Source: an uncultured Pseudomonadota bacterium (GTDB taxonomy: Bacteria; Vulcanimicrobiota; Vulcanimicrobiia; Eremiobacterales; Eremiobacteraceae). From it: DNA of 64,000 bases. The stretch is taken from NCBI GenBank assembly GCA_963781145.1, contig CAWADW010000005.1, positions 504,423-568,422 of the forward strand, in the 5' to 3' direction. A program made the translations under genes and the position numbers. Shown here one piece after another: positions 37,182 through 47,282 of the stretch. Under the pieces are notes generated by a model, which saw only the letters and a program-made list of their open reading frames with translations, was not told the origin of the DNA and did not search any database. Each line of letters opens with the position of its first letter. Position 1 is the stretch's first letter.

Positions 37182-38102
37182 ATGCCCGTACAATATAAGG
37201 ACTACTACAAGACGCTTGGCGTCCCTAAGACTGCGTCGACGAAAGAGATCAAGTCGGCGTATCGCAAGCTAGCGCGTCAATGGCATCCGGATGTCAATCC
37301 AACCAAAAAGAAAGAGGCCGAGGAGAAATTCAAAGAGATCTCTGAGGCCTACGAAGTTCTAAGCGACGCCCAAAAGCGCAAGACCTACGATTCGCTCGGC
37401 AGCGACTGGCAACAGCGCGCGAGAGACTTCCAGGGCGGCGGCGTCCGTTATGGCGCACCGCCTGGTGACGGCGGCGTTCAATTCGATTTTGGCGATCTCG
37501 GCGAAGGCGGATTTTCGGAATTCTTTCAAAGCATCTTTGGAGGGATGGGCCGTCAGGGCGGTGGCTTCACCGCACGTGCGCGCCGCAGTCGCGGCTCCGA
37601 CCTAGAGAGCGAGATCGAACTCGCTCTTCGCGATGCATACTCGGGTGGCAAGCGTCATTTGAGTTTACCGAACGGGAAATCGCTCGAAGTCCAAATACCG
37701 GCCGGCGTTCGAGACGGACAGCGCATAAGGCTTGCGGGGCAAGGCGAGCCAGGTTCCGGCGGCGGCCCAAATGGCGACCTGTTTCTTGTCGTACGGATCG
37801 CCCCGGATGCAACGTTTCGGCGTGAGGGTGACGATTTGTACGTCGAGCAACCCACTAGCGTGTACACGCTGGTGCTCGGTGGCGAGGTGACGGTGCCGAC
37901 CGTGACGGGTCGAATCAAGGTCAAAGTTCCAGCCGGTTCGCAAAACGGGCGCAAGCTGCGCATTCCCGGCAAAGGGATGCCGAAGCTGCGGGGGACCGGT
38001 CACGGCGACTTGTACGTGACGCTCGTCGCCCAGGTGCCCACAAGCCTCAGCGAGCGCGAGCGCGAACTTTTCCGCGAACTCGCCGACCTCAACAAATCAT
38101 AG
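37182..38102 (+). CDS. cbpA: J-domain co-chaperone, DnaJ class II / CbpA-like (no zinc-finger domain)
   Basis: J domain with HPD ([13 protein letters not shown]), a Gly-rich linker and DnaJ C-terminal domains. No CxxCxGxG repeats. Confidence 0.8.
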   Translation: MPVQYKDYYKTLGVPKTASTKEIKSAYRKLARQWHPDVNPTKKKEAEEKFKEISEAYEVLSDAQKRKTYDSLGSDWQQRARDFQGGGVRYGAPPGDGGVQFDFGDLGEGGFSEFFQSIFGGMGRQGGGFTARARRSRGSDLESEIELALRDAYSGGKRHLSLPNGKSLEVQIPAGVRDGQRIRLAGQGEPGSGGGPNGDLFLVVRIAPDATFRREGDDLYVEQPTSVYTLVLGGEVTVPTVTGRIKVKVPAGSQNGRKLRIPGKGMPKLRGTGHGDLYVTLVAQVPTSLSERERELFRELADLNKS

Positions 38103-38166
38103 CTCAAGGGCGCGCCCGAAACAGAAACGAACCTTAGCGATGAACATCAGGAGGGAGCATTATAAC

Positions 38167-39321
38167 ATGCTCGCACCAGAGCGCAGTCCCGAAGTCATCG
38201 AAGCCGAGAAAATGGTCCTGGACACCGTGCGGCAGCTCGTGCAGGAAAAAGTTGCCCCGCGGGCTGCAGCGATCGATGCAACAGGCGAGTATCCACGCGA
38301 CATCCGAGAGTTGTTCGCCAAGAACGACCTGCTGGGCATCCCCTTTCCTGAGGAGTATGGAGGCCTGGGCAGCTTCCTCACCTACGTCAAAGTCGTTGAG
38401 GAAGTTTCAAAGGCCTGCGCCACCAGCGCGCTCATCATCGCAGTGCAAGAGTTGGGCGCCCTCCCGATCATGATTGCTGGAAGCGCCGAACAAAAAACGA
38501 AATATCTCCCGAAACTCGCTAGCGGCGAAATAATGACGTCGTACGCGTTGAGTGAATCGACGTCAGGATCGGATGCCGCCAACATGCGAACGACTGCGGT
38601 GCGCGATGGCGATTCGTACGTGTTGAACGGGACCAAAGTGTTCATCACCAATGTAGCGGTCGCCGATCTTTGCATCGTTTTTGCCGCTACCGATCCGTCG
38701 GCTGGACCGAAGGGCATTTCTGCGTTCATCTGCCACACCGACGATCCGGGCTTTCGTTTGGGCAAGGTCGAGCACAAAATGGGTATACGGGGATCGCCGA
38801 CCAACGAGGTCGTGCTCGAGGGTTGTCGCATACCCGCCGACCGCTTGCTCGGAAGCGAAGGCGAAGGGTTCAAGATTGCCATGGCAACCTTGGATAAGTC
38901 GCGACCAGGCATCGCAGCGCAAGCGCTCGGGTTGGCACAAGGTGCGCTCGATTTTGCGGGGCGCTATCTTCAAGAGCGAGTTGCCTTCGGCAAACCACTC
39001 GCGAAGCAGCAAGGCCTGCAATGGATGATTGCGGACATGGACCTCGAGACGCAAGCGGCGCGCCTGCTGCTCTACGAGTCAGCACACCGATGCGATATCG
39101 GCGCCGAAGATGTCACCTACTGGGGTGCGCTGTGCAAACTCAAGTGTGGCGACGTGGCCATGCGCGTGACGACCGACGCTGTGCAGTTGCTCGGCGGATA
39201 CGGATACATGACCGAGTATCCAGTAGAACGCATGATGCGCGACGCAAAGATCACGCAGATCTACGAGGGCACGCAACAGATCCAGCGAATCGTCATTGCT
39301 CGCAAGATTCTCGGTAAATAA
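38167..39321 (+). CDS. acyl-CoA dehydrogenase
   Basis: ACAD N/M/C domains with the C-terminal YEGTQQIQRIVIAR. Start at MLAPERSPEV, preceded by CAGGAGGGA. Confidence 0.85.
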   Translation: MLAPERSPEVIEAEKMVLDTVRQLVQEKVAPRAAAIDATGEYPRDIRELFAKNDLLGIPFPEEYGGLGSFLTYVKVVEEVSKACATSALIIAVQELGALPIMIAGSAEQKTKYLPKLASGEIMTSYALSESTSGSDAANMRTTAVRDGDSYVLNGTKVFITNVAVADLCIVFAATDPSAGPKGISAFICHTDDPGFRLGKVEHKMGIRGSPTNEVVLEGCRIPADRLLGSEGEGFKIAMATLDKSRPGIAAQALGLAQGALDFAGRYLQERVAFGKPLAKQQGLQWMIADMDLETQAARLLLYESAHRCDIGAEDVTYWGALCKLKCGDVAMRVTTDAVQLLGGYGYMTEYPVERMMRDAKITQIYEGTQQIQRIVIARKILGK

Positions 39322-39336
39322 GGGGTCGAAAGCATC

Positions 39337-41620
39337 TTGGCAATCGCACATACTCTTGGATTTCCCCGCATAGGCCACAAGCGAGAGCTCAAGCGCGCTC
39401 TCGAATCTTATTGGAAAGGCGACATCGGCGCAGACGATCTCAAAGCGGTGGGGCGCCAGCTCCGTAGCCGCCATTGGCAGCTGCAGCGTGATGCCGGCTT
39501 GGACAACGTTGCTGTCGGTGATTTTTCGTTTTACGACCAGATGCTCGACACGAGCGCCATGGTCGGCGCGATCCCCGCGCGTTACGGTTTCTCCGGCGAA
39601 ACCGTCGATTTCGATACATATTTTGCGATGGCACGTGGCTCAGCCGCATCGCCTGCCATGGAAATGACCAAATGGTTCGATACGAACTACCACTATATCG
39701 TTCCCGAGTTTACCCCAGAGATGTCCTTCGCGCTCCGCAGCGCAAAGATGATCGCCCAAACGCGCGAGGCGATCGACGCCGGCTTTGTCCCCAAGCCCGT
39801 GCTCATCGGTCCAGTTACCTATCTGTGGCTTGGCAAAGAGCGCGCGACAAATGGCAAGCCATTCTCGCGCTTGTCGCTTCTCGAGCGCCTGCTCCCCGTG
39901 TACCAAGAAGTGCTGCGGCAGTTGAAAGGCCTTGGCGTTCGCTTGGTTCAGATGGACGAGCCTGCGCTGGTCGCGGACTTGCCCGCTCCCTGGCAACAAG
40001 CGTATCAGAGCGCGTACGAGGTGCTTGGTGCAGCTTCGGTAGACATCTTGCTCGCCACGTACTTCGGTGCCGTTGACGAGCACATCACTTTACTTGGGTC
40101 GCTGCCGGTGGCGGGCATCCATCTGGATCTCGTGCGTTCACCCGAACAACTCGATGCTGTGCTCGGAAGCTGGCGGCCGGGCAGGTCCCTCTCGCTCGGC
40201 GTTGTTGATGGACGCAATGTCTGGCGCACCGATCTTCGGCGCGCGCTCACGCTGCTCGAACGCGCACACGACGTTGTCGACGATGTTTGGGTTGGACCGT
40301 CCTGCAGCCTTATGCACGCCCCGGTCGATCTTACCCTCGAGTCGAAACTCGATGTCGAACTGCGTTCTTGGCTTGCCTTCGCTGTGCAAAAGCTGCACGA
40401 GCTCGCGATCCTCAAACGCGGCGTCGAGCACGGCAGCGAAGCGATCGAAGACGAGCTGCAACTATCGGATATCGTGCAACGCAGCCGCGAACAATCCAAA
40501 CTTATTCACAACAAAGCTGTCGCCGAGCGGGTCGCGCATCTGACCCAAGACGACGAGCGGCGACGCGAGCGATTTTCGGACTCGGCAGCGGCGGCAGCGC
40601 GAACAGCTCAACCTGCCTGCTTTTCCCACGACCACTATCGGAAGCTTCCCACAGACGCCGGCAATTCGCGAAGCGCGAGCCAAGTTCAAGAAAACCGAAC
40701 TTGACGAGAAAGCCTACGAGAAGGCGATGCAAGCGGAGATCGAGCACGCGATTCGCGAGCAGGAAAAACTTGGCATTGACGTCCTCGTTCACGGCGAAGC
40801 TGAACGCAACGACATGGTAGAGTACTTCGGAGAGCAGCTGTCAGGCTTTGCCTTCACGCAACACGGCTGGGTGCAAAGCTATGGTTCGCGCTATGTCAAG
40901 CCGCCGATCATCTACGGGGATGTCGAACGACCGACGCCGATGACCGTTCGCTGGATCGAGTACGCCCAATCCCTGACCGACAAGCCGATGAAGGGGATGC
41001 TCACTGGACCTGTGACTATTTTGCAGTGGTCTTTTGTGCGCGACGATCAGCCCCGTTCGGAAACCGCCACGCAAATCGCTCTGGCCATCCGGGACGAGGT
41101 TCGCGATCTCGAGCACGCCGGCATCCGCATCATTCAAATCGACGAGCCCGCGTTTCGTGAAGGCTTGCCGCTCAAACGCAAAGACTGGAAATCGTACATC
41201 GAATGGGCATCGCGCGTGTTTCGGATTGCCTCCTCGCCGGTGGACGACGCTACTCAGATCCACACCCATATGTGCTACTCGGAGTTTAACGATGTCTTCG
41301 AGGTTTTGGCACTGCTTGACGCCGACGTCATTACGATCGAATCGTCGCGCAGCGGCATGGAGTTGCTCGACGCATTCAAGAAGTTTCGTTATCCAAACGA
41401 AATTGGTCCAGGCGTATACGACATCCACTCGCCGCGCATCCCGAGCTCCGAAGAAATGCACGCTCTCTTAGAGAAGGCCGCAAACTTCCTTTCGCCCGAT
41501 CAACTCTGGGTCAATCCGGATTGTGGTTTGAAGACGCGGCGCTGGGAAGAGGTTTTGCCTGCCTTGCGCAACATGGTCGCCGCGGCGAAGCGCATGCGCG
41601 GAAAAGTTGCGGCGGTTTAA
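39337..41620 (+). pseudogene. metE: cobalamin-independent methionine synthase MetE, frameshifted near 40600 (probably a sequence error)
   Basis: The N-terminal Meth_synt_1 domain runs to ...DSAAAAAR. The C-terminal domain ([19 protein letters not shown]...[13 protein letters not shown]...) is in another frame (ORF 40727..41620). The lesion is one extra base, or 2 missing, within a GCGCG run. Confidence 0.9.
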
Positions 41621-42156
41621 GGTCGCGGGCGGGGCTCCTCGAAGAGCATTCTCGCCTGAAACGTAAAACCGGGCAAGGCCGGATCTCGAATTTCGTCGCC
41701 GCGGGCAAACGTTTGCCCGCCGTTTTTCCGCCGCGCAGTCACCGTTTGCAAATCTGTGTCGACGAGAAACACGACGGTCGTTCCAGCAGCCAGATAGGCG
41801 CGGACCTTCTCCTCAATGTCTTTAACCGCGTCCCCAGATGATAGGATTTCGACGACCACATCGGGCGCAACGCGAGGAATGTCGGCGTCTGTCGCATTCT
41901 CATACGGTATTCGCCCGTAGGAAAGGTATGCAACGTCCGGGACGAGCGGACGGCGCGCTTGGCCCGGTGGTTGGATGCGAAATTCCCACTCGGTGCCGAC
42001 TCGACCCGAACCTTGTCGGTTCGCCCAGTCGAGAAGCCTGCTGACAAAAACGCTTTGCGCCAGCGCGTGCTTGCGCTGCGGACTCACCTTTTGCAGTGCG
42101 CGTCCGTTGACCCATTCTGTCGCGGGCTTGGTTTCCGGCAAAACGATCTCAAACAT
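41617..42156 (-). CDS. Uma2 family endonuclease (DUF820, restriction-endonuclease-like fold)
   Basis: About 180 aa with conserved acidic/Lys residues (..PDVAY.., ..DVVVEILS..). Confidence 0.7.
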   Translation of the reverse strand: MFEIVLPETKPATEWVNGRALQKVSPQRKHALAQSVFVSRLLDWANRQGSGRVGTEWEFRIQPPGQARRPLVPDVAYLSYGRIPYENATDADIPRVAPDVVVEILSSGDAVKDIEEKVRAYLAAGTTVVFLVDTDLQTVTARRKNGGQTFARGDEIRDPALPGFTFQARMLFEEPRPRP

Positions 42157-42201
42157 GGCACTCAGATTATATCACGCGAATGCGCTTGGCGGCTAGCAGG
42201 T

Positions 42202-42226
42202 CACGCGCGAATAAAATTCGCGCGTG
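42202..42226. repeat. REP-like element, family B variant (CACGCGCGAATAAAATTCGCGCGTG)
   Basis: Palindrome related to CGCGCGAAT-TTA-TTCGCGCG, abutting two family-A copies. Confidence 0.55.
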
Positions 42227-42252
42227 GGGCGATTTTCCAATCGCCCCCTACA
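42224..42252. repeat. REP-like element, family A, copy 3
   Basis: GTGGGGCGATTTTCCAATCGCCCCCTACA. Confidence 0.7.
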
Positions 42253-42257
42253 TGATC

Positions 42258-42286
42258 GTGGGGCGATTTTCCAATCGCCCCCTACA
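42258..42286. repeat. REP-like element, family A, copy 4 (its CTAC/GTAG tetramer supplies the acs TAG stop codon)
   Basis: Identical to copy 3 and directly repeated 34 bp downstream. Overlaps the acs stop at 42282-42284. Confidence 0.7.
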
Positions 42287-44237
42287 GGGCGTTGTCGATC
42301 GCTTCGAGCGACGCGGGATTTTCCAAAGCAGTCAAGTCGCCTAAATCGAGCTTGAGGTAGCGCGCTCGCGCTACCCGGCGCATCAGTTTTGCGTTGCGCG
42401 TTCGGGGCAGATCGGTCACAAAGAGAATGGCCTTAGGCGCGAGCGCCTTCCCCATCGCCGCGACGACCGCGTCCATCAACGCAAAGCGAAGCTCGTCACT
42501 GCCTTGCCAACCTGGGCGCAAGACCGCGAGGCAGACAACGGCATCACCTTTGATTTGGTCGGGAACGGCGATGGCCGCCGCTTCGCGGACCGACCCGTGG
42601 CCAACGAGTGCGCTCTCATACTCCGCTGGCCCAACTCGCTTGCCTGCAACGTTGATTGTGTCGTCCGAGCGCCCATGGATGAACCAGAAATTGTCATCAG
42701 AGATGCTGGCCCAGTCGCCGTGCACCCAAACATTTTCAAACTTCGACCAGTAGGTCTGCACATAGCGCTCGTCGTCGTGCCAAAAGCCGAGCGTCATGCC
42801 TGGCCACGGTTGCCGGACAACGAGCTCTCCCACCTGTCCGCGCACACTGTTGCCCTGCTCGTCAACGACGTCGGCATCCATGCCCGGCACCGGTCCGTGG
42901 AAGGCACACGGTACCAGCGGACGGATCGGGAAACACCCAAGAATGCCACCGCTGATTTCGGTGCCGCCGGAGTAGTTGATGATCGGCAGCTTCCCGTTGC
43001 CCACGTTGATCGAGAACCACCGGTACGGCTCGGGATTCCACGCTTCACCGGTCGATCCCAAGATGCGCAGCGCCGACAGGTCGTGTTTGCGCGGCACCTC
43101 ATCGCCGTGCACCATCAGAGAGCGAATGGCTGTCGGGGCGATGCCAAGATGCGTTACCTTGTGACGTCCACACACTTCCCAAAGCCGGCCAGGGTGCGGG
43201 AAATCAGGCGTACCGTCATAGAGCACTGCGGTTGCGCCAAGGCCCAGCGCCCCAAGCACCAAAAACGGCCCCATCATCCAGCCCATATCCGTGAACCAAA
43301 GCATTCGATCATTCGGCTTGACGTCAAAGCACAAATATTGATCGATGATCACCTTCACTGGGAAGCCGGCGTGTCCGTGAACGGCTCCCTTGGGCTTACC
43401 CGTGGAGCCTGATGTATAGAGCAGAAGGTAGGGGTCGTTCGCGTCCGTTGGTTCGGGAGCGAAATAGTTTGGCTGCGACCACGTCGACTGGTGCCAATCC
43501 ACGTCGCGATGCTCGTGCCAGTCGATCGGTGCGTCGTTGTGGCGCAGCACCACCGCGTGTTTGATGCTCGCGACCATATCGCACGCAGCGTCGGCAACGC
43601 TCTTCATGTTCACAAATTTGCCCCGCCGAAGCGCGCCGTCCACCGTGAGCAAGACTTTCGCTTTCGCATCATCCAAGCGCGTCGCGAGCGCTTGAGCCCC
43701 ATATCCTGAGAAGGCCGGTACGGCGATCGCCCCCATGCGCCCAATGGCAAGCAGCGCAATCGCGGTCTCTGGAATGAGCGGCATGAACATGCCCACGGTC
43801 TCGCCCCGGCGAACCCCGAGATCGCTCAACGCTCCACACAGCTTTGAAACCTGCACAAGCAATTGCTCGAACGTCAGCGTGCGGGTGGCGCCGTTTTCAG
43901 ATTCCGAGATGATCGCCGGCGCGTGCGCTCGGCCCTCTTCAATGTGGCGATCGATGCAGTTATACGATGCGTTGTATCGCCCGCCCACAAACCAGCGTGC
44001 GAACGGCGTTCCGCGCGAGAGATCCAACGCTTGGCGATAAGGGGTCAGCCACGCGAGCTGCAGATGCAAAACAAGCCGATCGTAAAACGAGGCGATATCG
44101 CGGTGCGCAAGCTCCCAGAGCTCGTCTAACGAAGCAACGCCAGCCTCGCGCATGAACTGCGTGATGTTGGCGTTTTCTTTTGTCTGGGAGGTCGGCTCCC
44201 AAGTGAATGCGGCGCCGACGTCGTTGCGGATCGCCAT
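42282..44237 (-). CDS. acs: acetate--CoA ligase (AMP-forming acetyl-CoA synthetase family)
   Basis: 650 aa, AMP-binding motif YTSGSTGKPKG, Acs-like N- and C-terminal regions. Confidence 0.85.
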   Translation of the reverse strand: MAIRNDVGAAFTWEPTSQTKENANITQFMREAGVASLDELWELAHRDIASFYDRLVLHLQLAWLTPYRQALDLSRGTPFARWFVGGRYNASYNCIDRHIEEGRAHAPAIISESENGATRTLTFEQLLVQVSKLCGALSDLGVRRGETVGMFMPLIPETAIALLAIGRMGAIAVPAFSGYGAQALATRLDDAKAKVLLTVDGALRRGKFVNMKSVADAACDMVASIKHAVVLRHNDAPIDWHEHRDVDWHQSTWSQPNYFAPEPTDANDPYLLLYTSGSTGKPKGAVHGHAGFPVKVIIDQYLCFDVKPNDRMLWFTDMGWMMGPFLVLGALGLGATAVLYDGTPDFPHPGRLWEVCGRHKVTHLGIAPTAIRSLMVHGDEVPRKHDLSALRILGSTGEAWNPEPYRWFSINVGNGKLPIINYSGGTEISGGILGCFPIRPLVPCAFHGPVPGMDADVVDEQGNSVRGQVGELVVRQPWPGMTLGFWHDDERYVQTYWSKFENVWVHGDWASISDDNFWFIHGRSDDTINVAGKRVGPAEYESALVGHGSVREAAAIAVPDQIKGDAVVCLAVLRPGWQGSDELRFALMDAVVAAMGKALAPKAILFVTDLPRTRNAKLMRRVARARYLKLDLGDLTALENPASLEAIDNAL

Positions 44238-44250
44238 GCGCCGCGCTTAT

Positions 44251-45711
44251 CTACTGAGGGGTGGTTCCCTGCGTCTGCGGTGCGGGGCTGCTCGAGCCTG
44301 TTGCGCCAGCCGTGTTGCCTGTGCCAGTGGTGGTCGGCGGCACCGTGCCATCGTGCACCGTGGCGGCTGCAATCCGGTCCGCAATGTACGACATTGCTCG
44401 CTGCAGCTGCGTATCGGTTTCTGGTCTACCAAAATCCGCAGGTTTCACATCGTCGACCGCAATGTCCGGCGCGATGCCAACAGAGTTGATATCGCGGCCG
44501 CTTGGCGTGAGATACCGAGCTGTGGTGATCTTAATGGCGCTACCGTCCGGCAACGGATAGATGGTCTGCACGACCCCTTTGCCAAACGTTCGCGTTCCGA
44601 TGAGCACGCCAGCCCCTGAGTCTTGAATCGCGCCTGACGTAATCTCAGAAGCGCTGGCTGTGTATTCATTGACGAGCACCGCAAGCGGGAGTTGGGGAGC
44701 TGCGATGTTCTCCGCATCGTAGGTAGTCAAGGGTTTCGTGCGCGCATCGATGGACACGATCGGCCCTTCCGGGATGAAGAGCGAAGACACATCGATGGCC
44801 GCGTTGAGGTAACCACCACCGTTGTTGCGCAGATCCAAGATCACGCCTTTGACGCCTTGCTTGTCCAGCTTCTCAATCGCGCTGGCGAGCTCTTGGCCGG
44901 TCGTGAGACCGAAGACGAGCACCTGAACATACCCGATGTCGTTATCGATAACCCGCTCGCGCACGCTTGGCGCATGAATGGTTTCGCGAGTGATCATGAA
45001 GGTCATCGGCTTGGGTTCGTCTTTGCGCTGCACGGTCAGTTGCACCGTCGTGCCTGCTTTGCCGCGAATCAGCGAACTGTCTTGTTCGATGGAGAGGCCC
45101 GCGGTCGACTTGGCATCGACGTTGAGAATCACATCGCCTGCCTGAAGTCCGGCCTTGTCCGCCGGGCCGCCGTCGATCGTTTGCACGACGAGGAGCGATT
45201 TCGAAATCGGATCAACATCGAGCACGATCCCGACGCCAGCGAAGTTTCCGCCGTCCAAGCCTTCATTGAGGCTGCGAAAATCCTTGGGTGACATGAAGAC
45301 GGTCCACCGATCGTGGAGCGAGTCCATCATGCCGGCGATAGCTGCGTAGGCGAGGTTGCGGTTGCCCAAGGTCGAGCCAAACTTTTGGTCGGCAAGGGCG
45401 AGCGTGTTGTTCAGCACGGCAATGTCTGACTCGTCGCTGCCCGAACCGTGCGCGGTCGGGATTTTGTTCGGATCGCCGCCGTGGCTCTTGATGTAGTCGC
45501 GCAAGCCCGTGATGGCGCCGCTGAGGAGCGTTTGATCGGTGGTCGACTTGTAAAACTCAGAAATTGCTTGCTCGAAGGAGTAGTCCAGCATGGACCGCCC
45601 GACTTCATCGGACGACGCACGCGAGGGACTCGCGAACACACCGAAGGTCAGGCTGAATGCGAACGCCGCAGCGACGAGCCTTGCGGCGATTCTACGAATG
45701 GGTTGGGTCAT
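44251..45711 (-). CDS. S41 family C-terminal processing peptidase (CtpA-like), paralog 1
   Basis: PDZ domain (GGPADKAGLQAGDVIL) and S41 catalytic core (TASASEITSGAIQD...GKGVVQT). Pro/Thr/Gly-rich C-terminal tail. Confidence 0.85.
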   Translation of the reverse strand: MTQPIRRIAARLVAAAFAFSLTFGVFASPSRASSDEVGRSMLDYSFEQAISEFYKSTTDQTLLSGAITGLRDYIKSHGGDPNKIPTAHGSGSDESDIAVLNNTLALADQKFGSTLGNRNLAYAAIAGMMDSLHDRWTVFMSPKDFRSLNEGLDGGNFAGVGIVLDVDPISKSLLVVQTIDGGPADKAGLQAGDVILNVDAKSTAGLSIEQDSSLIRGKAGTTVQLTVQRKDEPKPMTFMITRETIHAPSVRERVIDNDIGYVQVLVFGLTTGQELASAIEKLDKQGVKGVILDLRNNGGGYLNAAIDVSSLFIPEGPIVSIDARTKPLTTYDAENIAAPQLPLAVLVNEYTASASEITSGAIQDSGAGVLIGTRTFGKGVVQTIYPLPDGSAIKITTARYLTPSGRDINSVGIAPDIAVDDVKPADFGRPETDTQLQRAMSYIADRIAAATVHDGTVPPTTTGTGNTAGATGSSSPAPQTQGTTPQ

Positions 45712-45747
45712 GCTGTTCCTCTCTTTTTATGGGGCGAGTTTTCTACG

Positions 45748-47178
45748 TTAGACGCTGGGATTTGTGAGGGCGATCTGGCGCTTCAGGTAGCGCAGGGCTG
45801 CTTGCAGCTGAGTATCTTTGCCAGTGACGCCGACGTCTCTGTAGTCCATCGGCACTACGATGTTAGGCTCGATGCCCTTTTTATTGATGTCGCGGCCGTC
45901 CGGCGTCACGTACCGCTGGGTCGTGACTTTGATTGCGCTGCCCCCCGGCAAGTCATAGATCGTCTGCACGACTCCCTTGCCAAAGGTCTTGACACCCACG
46001 AGAATCCCAATCTTTGAATCCTGGATCGCGCCGGCAGTGATCTCAGAAGCGCTGGCCGAGTATTGATTCACGAGAACGACCAGCGGGTGTGGCGGAATCG
46101 CATCTTGGTTGGCGTCATCCGTTTCCACATGCCCGTCGCGGTCGATCCGCGAAACAATTGGTCCATCCGCGATGAATTTCGACGAGATGTCCACCGCGGC
46201 ATCAAGTAGTCCTCCGCCGTTGTCGCGCAGATCCAAGACAAAGGCTTTGGCGCCTTGCTTCAGTAGCCGATCGAGCGCGTCGGTCACTTCTTGCGCCGAG
46301 TGTTCACCGAAATCGTAGAGTTGAATGTATCCGACGTTCCCGTCAATCATGTGTGACGTCATGGACGGCACTTCGATCACTTCGCGCTCGATCGCATAGT
46401 CGCGAACGTCATTCTTGCCGCGGAGAATCGTCATGTGCACCGTTGATCCCGCTTTGCCACGGATCAGGTTCATCACGAGATCGAGGTCGATGCCCTTTGT
46501 TGCTTTGCCGTCGACCGACACGATCACGTCGCCCCGCTTTAACCCTGCGCGAGCAGCCGGGGTGCCGTCAATGGGTTGGATGACGTTGACTTCGTGCGTC
46601 TTTGGATCTTTGCCGATGTACACGCCAATGCCGCCGAAATCGCCCCCTTGAATGAATTCCGAGAGTGACGTCTTGTCGCGCGGGCTCAAGAACACCGTGT
46701 ACGGATCGCGCAGCGAATCGAGCGCGCCCTCGATCGCAACGTACGTCAAATCTTGGGAGCCGGCTTGCTTGCCATAGTTGTGCAACGCCGTGGAGAGCAG
46801 GGTGTTGGCGTCTGCGTCAACTTGAGCCCCAGATGCCGAGGCGGTGATTGCCGGCAGGCTCAAGGTTCCGTTGATGTGCTTGGTCTTGAGGAACTCGAGC
46901 AAGCCTTTTCGCTCGCCACTGAGGAGCTGCGATTCATCAATGGGCTTGTAGTACACGTCGCGGACCTTATCCAGCGACATGTCGAGCATATCGAGGTCTT
47001 TTTGCTCGTCATTTCCTGCGCCCTCGCTGCCGTCAAAAGCTATGTTGCCGAGATCCCAGGCCAAAACTGCGCGCCGTTCACCCAACCGCTCGCGCAGCGG
47101 CGCGGCGTGCTGAAGCGCAAGGGTGGCTACGACCAGCGCGGCCGCAAGGGTGAAGAGAAGGAGGGCTTTACGAACCAC
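45748..47178 (-). CDS. S41 family C-terminal processing peptidase, paralog 2
   Basis: Same architecture (GTPAARAGLKRGDVIVSVDG; SASASEITAGAIQDSKIGILVGVKTFGKGVVQTI). Confidence 0.85.
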   Translation of the reverse strand: MVRKALLLFTLAAALVVATLALQHAAPLRERLGERRAVLAWDLGNIAFDGSEGAGNDEQKDLDMLDMSLDKVRDVYYKPIDESQLLSGERKGLLEFLKTKHINGTLSLPAITASASGAQVDADANTLLSTALHNYGKQAGSQDLTYVAIEGALDSLRDPYTVFLSPRDKTSLSEFIQGGDFGGIGVYIGKDPKTHEVNVIQPIDGTPAARAGLKRGDVIVSVDGKATKGIDLDLVMNLIRGKAGSTVHMTILRGKNDVRDYAIEREVIEVPSMTSHMIDGNVGYIQLYDFGEHSAQEVTDALDRLLKQGAKAFVLDLRDNGGGLLDAAVDISSKFIADGPIVSRIDRDGHVETDDANQDAIPPHPLVVLVNQYSASASEITAGAIQDSKIGILVGVKTFGKGVVQTIYDLPGGSAIKVTTQRYVTPDGRDINKKGIEPNIVVPMDYRDVGVTGKDTQLQAALRYLKRQIALTNPSV

Positions 47179-47282
47179 GGGCGGGACAGTTTCCTTTCAA
47201 TTCTGCTATTTATTTCTTCGGCGGCTGGGGTCATCATGCCCGCAATCCGCCTCCCTATCATAACGAATCGGCAGCCCGCTTG

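Noticed and set aside
39322-39336. Cobalamin or SAM riboswitch upstream of metE
   Set aside because: Only 15 nt separate metE from the upstream ACAD stop, so there is no room for a riboswitch aptamer.
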